Source: Octopus sinensis
Taxonomy: Eukaryota
DNA length: 64,000 bases
NCBI RefSeq assembly: GCF_006345805.1
Contig: NC_043005.1
Location: 98,828,001-98,892,000 of the forward strand
Direction of reading: 5' to 3'
Positions 56,358-64,000 of this stretch are shown piece after piece (the first letter of the stretch is position 1; every line of letters begins with the position of its first letter). A program made the translations under genes and the position numbers. The notes under the pieces are model-generated. The model saw nothing but the letters and a program-made list of their open reading frames with translations, did no database searches and was not told the DNA's origin.

Positions 56358-56590
56358 CAGGCATATGGCATAGTGATTAAGAGCGTGGGCTACTAACCCC
56401 AAGATTCTGAGTTCAATTCTAGGCAGTGCCCTGGATAATAATAATAATAACAACATTGAAAAATACCTTAGGAATGAGAACCCAGTTCCAAATTTCCCCA
56501 AGACACCTGATGAAGGCTGGGGAATATATCAACCGAAATGTGTTAACAAACAAGATGAGGACAAATATCCGTCAAATGTAAATAATGTAA
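56358..56590 (+). mobile_element. tRNA-derived SINE head fused via (AAT)n to a hammerhead-bearing pLTR-like tail
   Basis: A-box tggcatagtgat (56366-77), B-box gttcaattc (56411-19), then acac-CTGATGA-a ggctg...caacc-GAAA-t-gtgt (56503-56543). Confidence 0.68.
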
Positions 56591-58951
56591 ATGATGATGA
56601 TGATGATTTACAGTTTGAGACATAAGAGTCGCACTTTTATTTTCATTTTTATCTTTCTTTATATTTTTTGTCCCTTTTCGATACAAGCAAAACACAAAGC
56701 CTAGCAGATACACAAACTTAGAGAGCACCCTTGATGTAGGTCTGAAGAAGTGCTACTCTGACGTTTGAAACTGCAAATATTACATAAATTTTCCTCTGAA
56801 ACTTCTGTATGAAATGGTATTGAAAACAGAGTTGGTCATTAAAGATGTGATAAACTTGATCTTGTTTAGATTATATCATCATCATCATCATCATTGTTTA
56901 ACGTCCGTTTTCCATGCTAGCATGGGTTGGACGGTTTGACTGGGGTCTGGGAAGCCAGGAGGCTGCACCAGGCCCCAGTCTGATCTGGCAGTGTTTCTAC
57001 AGCTGGATGCCCTTCCTAACGCCAACCACTTCACGAGTGTAGTGGGTGCCTTTTACGTGCCACCGGCGGGCATTTTTCAGTTTTCATCTACCAAATCCAC
57101 TCACAAGGCTTTGGTTGGCCTGAGGCTATAGTAGAAGACACTTGCCCAAGGTGCCACTCAGGGGGACTGACCCAGGAACCATATAGTTGGGAAGCAAACT
57201 TTTTACCACACCAACTCTGCTTGCAAACGTTAAAGATCAGTGTGTAATGAATTGACGAATCCAGACACAATCTTAACCACATTGTTGTATTCTCTGTTTC
57301 TTTTGGTATATTTTTATCTTTTGCTATATTCCTCTTCCTCATTATCATCATTTAATGTTTGCTTTTTGTTGCCTGCATGGGTCAGACAGAATTTTCTACA
57401 GCCTGATACACTTCTGGTTGCCTACCCTCACCTGTATCTGAGCAAGGAGGATGATCATTAACAACCGTCATGTGATGCATCGATGACTTAAATATTGCTA
57501 TAGTTACTAGATTAAAAGAAATACTGAAAATACAATATCCATATATTAGGTAGCATGTTTACCCAGTGAATAGTTGTGCAGTTCAGTCCTAGACAAGGGC
57601 CAACAACACACTTCTTTCAAATTGGTTTGTTTATGGTGTGCTTTTCTTTCAACTTACATCTGTTTGTTTAAGTTCATAGATGAGATGTCTTTATGGGTAG
57701 CATTTCTTTATTCTACCCTGATAACATTCACACAACATCTAATAGTGAAATGGGTCTAGCGTTTACTTTACAGCATAGGACACTGAGATTAACAAAATAG
57801 TTTGTTTTGTCTAGAAGTTCAACTTTAATGAGTGTAATTAGTAGTGTGTGAACCTATAGTCTGGTGGTAGAAATGAGATAGCTAAGTATACTTAACCTCA
57901 TATCAGCCTCTGTAGTCATAGCTGGTCTAACTATCAGTAGTTGTGCTTTTAGTCTGGTGTACGCCAGGCTACTATGTATTAAGCTCATCATGAATGGGTT
58001 AAAGGAAAGTTAAATATAAACTGTAGAATATAAGGCGGTGAATGCTAGTTTGTTTTGGTTGGAATTGATGCAGTGAAGGTAAACAATACAGTATATTAAC
58101 TAAAAGAGAGAAGAAAGTAATTTTGGTAAGAACCCTTTGTGAGAAAATAAGATTCACCTTCTAATTCTCAGCTCCTGACTGGTAAAACTAGTTATGTGAA
58201 TGACTTTATGATACATGGCAGAGCATTGATTGATGACACTAAAGCATATAAGCTTGCAGTTCACTGAGAGGGAATGCTGATACGTTAGGGATGGAGGCTT
58301 GGGATATTATCAGAGCCTATGTAAAGAAAGAACGAGATGGCACATCATTTACAATCTCTGAAGATAGAGCACATGTTCAGTGTCTTTGAGATTGCTTTGT
58401 TCAGCAATCTTTGAGATTGCTTTGTTCTTTTATTATAATTGCCAGTTGATTGTGTTTCCTGATAACACTTTTACAGCTTCTGATCTTCAACGCTGATGAT
58501 ATCATGGTGATAATTTAGTAACTTAGACACATCACACACACACACACACACGCACACACTCTTTCTGATCAAATACCAAAAATGCTGTTAAGAACCAGCC
58601 TCTGTCACCTACTTCAGATATACTTTACCTAAAGCATATATCTAAATCATAAAAGACTATCTCTGTGATGTTTATCCACAAGAGGAAGGAGGAATGCAAA
58701 GCTAATCTATCAGAATCCTAGCCTATAGCATCATCTGCATAGAAATAGAATTGACAGTCAATAACCAATTGCACAACTACCTGTGAAAATTGAGTCAGGG
58801 ATCAGTTCAGATATGAGTAAGGTGGTAGCCTGTAGCCTTCTGTTGCTGGAAAGGTTTCTGTTTGGTTGGAAGTTAATAGCAACTCCTTCCCTATTTTCCA
58901 TCCTTCTGTGTAATTATGTTGTCACACAAACAAGGATTATATTAAATAGTG

Positions 58952-59457
58952 CCGTAAATCCTCGAGTATAATCTGCATTTTTTCCCCAAAATTTAAAGGT
59001 CAAAATCCGTAGTGCGTATTATACATGAGGTTAAAAATGAAAAATATTTTCTAAGCAATGTCCGAGTCTCTATTTGCTGTCCGGCAATATTTATTCAGAC
59101 ACATTTTGTGATGTCGGGCATGAAAATACCTTAAGCTAAGCCTGAAAGCAATGAAGTCATAAAAGAATCATCCATAACTTGCAGTAAGCAACATTTATTA
59201 AATGTTATTTCTGTTATTTTCTGCAAACAAAATGCACAAAAAAGCTACACGTTTGCATTATGTTATATATATACAATAATAATAAAGGACATTACCGTAT
59301 ACAGTTTTACAAACCATGGACGTTATATAGACCTCCTTGACTCAAGTTAGAGAAGGAGTGCATAATATACACAAGGTTTAGGTTTTTCAGAGGTACAACC
59401 TCCTAAAAATCCCCTGCATATTATACTCAAGGACGGACTATACTCAAGGATTTACGG
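58952..59457. mobile_element. Non-autonomous pogo/Tc2-like MITE
   Basis: TIRs ccgtaaatcctcgagtata / tatactcaaggatttacgg, TA on the right flank and TG on the left, no ORF. Confidence 0.8.
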
Positions 59458-59523
59458 TACACAGCCTTACCTGACCCTTGTTTTAACATTGAAGGATTCA
59501 GATTTTTGCCTTTCTATAATTAA

Positions 59524-60415
59524 CCCTTTGTTACTATATTTGTGACCAAAATACACCCCTCATGAGTTTCAATTAAATTCTAAAATAATCATGAATCTAG
59601 GCTTGTTTCATTACATAACTGTAACTTTTTTACTTATCGACATATTAATGTGATATTTGGAACATAATTAAAGAAAGGGTTCTTAATCAATTCTATTGCA
59701 TAACTTTTGTCTCAAAGTGACTTTAATTACAGGTAAATCCAGGTAAATTGAGCAAAAGGTAAAAATATAAAAATTTTGTTTAAACATCACCATAGAAAAT
59801 AAATCATCAGCTAATATTCAATTGGGTATGCAACAAAATTTTGATAAAGAATTGTGCACATCACTATATCATCAGTTGAATTTAATGCACAACAGGTGTA
59901 CCATAAAGGTGGAATAAACTGAAATATTGGAATCCACCGTAAGTTTGACCGAACTAAAGAAATCGGTCAAAAAATAATATACGGCCCTGGTTATGGTATG
60001 GAAGTGATAAATTCCAGATCACATCGTTCCCTAGGCCATGCTGACTAACATTATTTTCCCTGTATAAAAACTAAATCCACAACAGTACCCAGTATTTGTT
60101 TCACAAATTTTCCAATTCGGAATCAATGCTTGATAACATGAAACTCCTATCCATTTTCAAAGTTGAAGAAAAATCGATGGCGAAAAAAATGTGGAAAAAA
60201 ATCTCCCAAAATTCAGGGAATTAAAATTACACGTCGATTGTTGTACAAAACTGTCGATGAACTGTTTACGAAGCATAATCACGTGTTTTCACGAATGTAC
60301 TAAAGAGATTTGCTCTGATATTCTCATTTAAATATGAATAGGTAAATTCGAGTGGGTTTGGGCGGTTTGGTCACATTAACCAAAATTTTTTTCAGGCAGT
60401 TTGGTATCGAAAGGG
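59524..60415. mobile_element. Non-autonomous piggyBac-type element
   Basis: TTAA-CCCTTT ... AAAGGG-TTAA ends. Confidence 0.8.
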
Positions 60416-60642
60416 TTAAGGCCATAATTTCGATGTCACATTCTCTGAAGAGGTTCATAAATTTGTGTAGGCAACCAAACTTCCTCAGAACATCTTTATT
60501 TATTGTTTACAGTTTCGAAAGCCGTTGAGAAACTATGAAATGTGTGTTTGCGCTTGTGTTTCTATATATCTGTCTGTTCATCCAGTCATTCACACACACA
60601 CACAGCCAGCATGCAACCCATGCCAAAAATGATGTTGATGAT

Positions 60643-60681
<39 letters not shown>

Positions 60682-61466
60682 AACTTCCTTTGGTAAAAAA
60701 CAAAGCTTTAGAGATGAGTGTGTTTATCGAGTAAGGAAATTCCTGTGATAAGTATTGCTGTGTAAAGCAACTGTGTGTTGAACTTTCTGGGTTAGAAACC
60801 TTATATCCAGATAGCACGCTCAGCTGGCACCATCATGTAAGAATAAGCAAATGCAGATTTTGGTAGGTAAAACACAAACTCTTAGATTAAGTCAATATTA
60901 TCTTGAAGAAGAGTAATTAGGATTGAAATGAGACAACAGGTGTGTGTGTGTATGTGTGTGTGTGCATGTATGTGTTGGTGTGTTAGTGAAGCATAACTGA
61001 AAATACAATGTTGTGTAAAATGAGACCCATTAAATTAATAATCTCCCAAACCAGAATATGTTTTAGGAATCCCTTGTTATGATTGTTTAGCCCTAGGTCA
61101 GTTTTAATCGAACCTATCTATGATCAAAGCTTTCCAGTCATGACCATACCATCTTATTTTTAAACAATGTACTCAGAACTACATTTTTTGTTCGAACTTT
61201 TTAAAGTTGTGGTTGGGGGAATTTAGCTACCATATAGAGATTTTTTTCCGTTTGTATGTATCCTGTGTGCTTTGGGAAGTCCCATTAAGGACTTCAAGCT
61301 ATATCACTGAATATCTAGCCTATCTCCCAAAATGCTGTTAAATTGTTTGTTCTAATAATTTTTCTTTAATTATAAAAAATATTTTGATAAGTTACCCTAA
61401 TTTATTATATTTTCAAATTTTGTTTTTTATTTATTTTTTGTCTTGTATTTTTTATTTTTTTACCAG

Positions 61467-61713
61467 ATCCCAGTGAAGTTGATTCATTACCTCCCGGTGG
61501 TGTGTTGACTCGCATGTCAAGTAACCCAATGTACAGTTCATCTTATCACAGTCCCCCTATTACCACAGAAAAGCCAGCCTACCCCATCCCTCATGTTCAA
61601 AGGAGTGCCAGTTTCTCTAGTTCTGAACTCTCAGCCACTGAAACAAACCGACTCAATGACAACACCAAAGTAACAAATAATCCTCAAGACTCCTCTTCTC
61701 TAACAAGCAAAAG
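61467..61713 (+). CDS. RIC1: Probable RIC1 coding exon C, phase 1-2, Ser/Pro/Thr-rich (DPSEVDSLPPGGVLTRMSSNPMY...SSSLTSK)
   Basis: Long T-rich tract and ccAG at 61465-61466, donor aag|GTAAAC at 61714. Open frame and phase-compatible with exon B (G|AT = Asp). RIC1 has a low-complexity S/P-rich segment at this position. Confidence 0.8.
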
Positions 61714-62370
61714 GTAAACCATCTTCCTGCAATTTAGTTTTCTACTCATTATTCTATTTTCTTTTCTTTTGTTTCTTTTAATTAACCTTTTAACATTCAG
61801 TTCACTCTGTCACATATAATGCTTATTTATTCGCATTGTTTTGAATTAATCATGCATTTTCTTGTAGCTTCAAACAAATCTTTCTTTCAGAGTTACTAAA
61901 CTCTAGCATTATTCTGGACTTGAATACAATCCACTCTAACCTTACTCTTCAAAAATGTTATCCTAGAGACTAAAAATATTAGCTCTGAGGTTTAGGTATG
62001 GCTGCACAGGTAAGCAGCTGATTTCATAGCCACTTGGTCTCAGGTGCAGTCTCACTGCATGGCACTTCAGGGAAATATTTCTAATATTGCCTTTAGCTAA
62101 CTAATGTCTTAGGTGTTAAATTGAAACAGGAAAACTGCATGGAAGCCCGTCATGTATATATATGTATGAGTTTATGTGTGTCTGTGTATATATATAGTAT
62201 GTGTGTATATATGCATGTGTGTATGTATGTGTGTCTATATATATATATATAAGAGGGATGATATTATTAAAATACCATCATAAGTGGCAAGTGAGTATCA
62301 GCCATACAGGCAAATTAATAAAATACATGCATACAATATAAGACATGTACTTTATATATATATATATATA

Positions 62371-62937
62371 TATAAACAACTTATAAATAAGGGCAAACGA
62401 AAAAATTTCTAATGCCAAATATGCCGAAATAAGACACATTGTCCATAACCATATAATTTACCACAATACACATGCTACTCGATAAAATTTTTACAGAAAT
62501 TTTTTTTTTTTTTTTTTTTTCCGAAAAAATTTTATCCTATATTAAATATAAATTTAATAGTGTTCCCTTCCAGACTCCCTTACTCTGTGAGAGTTTCAGT
62601 TCGAATCGTACATGTCTTGAATGGGTTGGTGAATTTCTATTTTGGATATATTTGGGGTACTTAGTTGTGCTCATGACTTAGTGTTTGCTTCTTCCATGGG
62701 TATGAGTAAGTATTTCATATATTTCTTTTGCCGCATTTATCACTGACGAAGGGAGGGTTCTTACGAACTAACCTTGAAATCGGTCCGATATGGTAATAAC
62801 GGAATTTTTTTAGAAATTTCTGTCGACCTTTTTCAAGTAGCATGCGTATTGTGGTAAATTATACGGTTATGGACAATGTTTCTTATTTGGCATTAGAAAT
62901 TCTTTCGTTTGCCCTTATTTATTATAAGTTGTTTATA
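62371..62937 (+). mobile_element. PLE pLTR with a partial inverted copy at its 5' side
   Basis: 62371-62523 is the reverse complement of 62800-62937, with an HHR between the arms. Starts in (TA)n and truncates the adjacent maT element. Confidence 0.8.
62737..62796 (+). ncRNA. Type I hammerhead ribozyme, intact
   Basis: ttatca-CTGACGA-[aggg ag ggttc ttac gaact aa cctt]-GAAA-tcg gtc cga-TA-tggtaa. 6-bp stem I, extended stem II, 4-bp stem III. Predicted cleavage after 62790. Confidence 0.87.
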
Positions 62938-62939
62938 AA

Positions 62940-64000
62940 TTTAACCTTCTGGACAGTCTCCTTGTTTAAGTTGGTGAATGCTGCCATAGTCCTTACCTTC
63001 AGTTCATCTTTAGTATTACAAGCAGTTTTGTTGGTCTCTCACTCAACTGTACCCCATGCATAATAATCAAGGGGGTTGCGGTCTGGGGAGTTAGGTGACC
63101 AGATGTTAGGGGTGATGTGGTTGCAAAGATTGCCTGACAGCCATGACTGGGTTCTCCTGCTCGTGTGGCATGGTGCACAGTCCTGTTGCCAGACATAGGG
63201 TCTTCTAGCACCTACCCTCTTGACTTGGGGCAACTCTACCTCCTCCAGTCATTTGATGTAGGCCTCCATGTTGTGTCTGAGGCTGTGTGGAAAGATGAAT
63301 GGAGGCATAACATTGCCGTCACTAGTGATCACTCCAAACACCATGATGTTGACTGGATGTTTGATTTTTATCACTTTTGGTACATGTTTTGGAGACATGG
63401 CAAGCCAATGGTTGTTCTGTGTGTTTACCATCTGATCCTGGCAGAAATTTTTCCTGTCTGAAAAAAACCAAAGCATGCTCAGTTGGAGGGGATGCTAGAA
63501 TTTGTTCAAAAGGTCTGTAGCATGGTCTTTGCTCTTGTTCTGGATAGCTTGGGATAAAAACTGGCCCTTTCACATCTTGTATGAGGAATACTGTATGTCT
63601 TTATGCACTACCTTCCTGATAAGAAACTCAGACACTCCCATGTCCCTGGTGATGGACCTGATTGACTTGGAGGGATCATTGACAATCATGACCAGGATCT
63701 CACCAACAAATTCAGGAGTTCTTTTCTTATCAGAACAATCAGAATGAGTTTTCTGAGTTGCTGTACCTTAGTAATCACCATTAGACTCATCTAACTCTTT
63801 CTGAATCCTCTGCACTTTCGTCAAATTGACACCCAAACACCCTGAAATATTCATATTGGAGCTTCCAGCATGAATGCTGAGCAGTACAGCATGTTGTTCC
63901 CAAATTTCTGGCAGAGTGGATTGCTTCATTGTGCTGTTTTTCTCACAGATGGTGCCCGACTGACCCTACTAATACTGTGTAGTCGTCTAGCAACAGGAAC
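62940..64000 (-). mobile_element. maT (DD37D-type) Tc1/mariner-superfamily element, decayed and 3'-truncated
   Basis: Frames give FFSD.KNF, IMVFGVITSDG, WQQDCAPCHTS and IWSPNSPDRNPLDYYAWG. ATG near 63929. Confidence 0.85.

Noticed and set aside
56734-56786. CTGAAGA...GAAA possible hammerhead
   Set aside because: Stems II and III pair poorly and stem I is out of register, so it cannot be supported.

Overview
AT-rich, repeat-dense eukaryotic genomic DNA. The SINE repertoire and (TA)n/(CAT)n load look like a coleoid cephalopod, probably Octopus; this is inferred from repeat recognition only. The window lies inside one + strand gene, RIC1 (RAB6A-GEF complex subunit), with three spliceable coding exons (28713-28799, 46882-46966, 61467-61713) separated by 18.1 kb and 14.5 kb introns. 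The rest is intronic: four tRNA-derived or RTE-tailed SINE families, RTE and CR1 LINE relics, two Penelope-like elements (PLEs), two mariners, a maT/Tc1-like element, and piggyBac-type and pogo/Tc2-type MITEs. The most notable signal is a set of type I hammerhead ribozyme (HHR) cores: 11 cores at 8 loci, from about 7 unrelated PLE pseudo-LTR families. Several sit in short non-coding fold-back (inverted-repeat) elements, one with a 13-bp target-site duplication, and one is fused to a tRNA-derived SINE head. The cores at 62737-62796, 5262-5347 and 24368-24455 look intact and are sense to the RIC1 pre-mRNA. All structures were folded by eye, and repeat boundaries are approximate.
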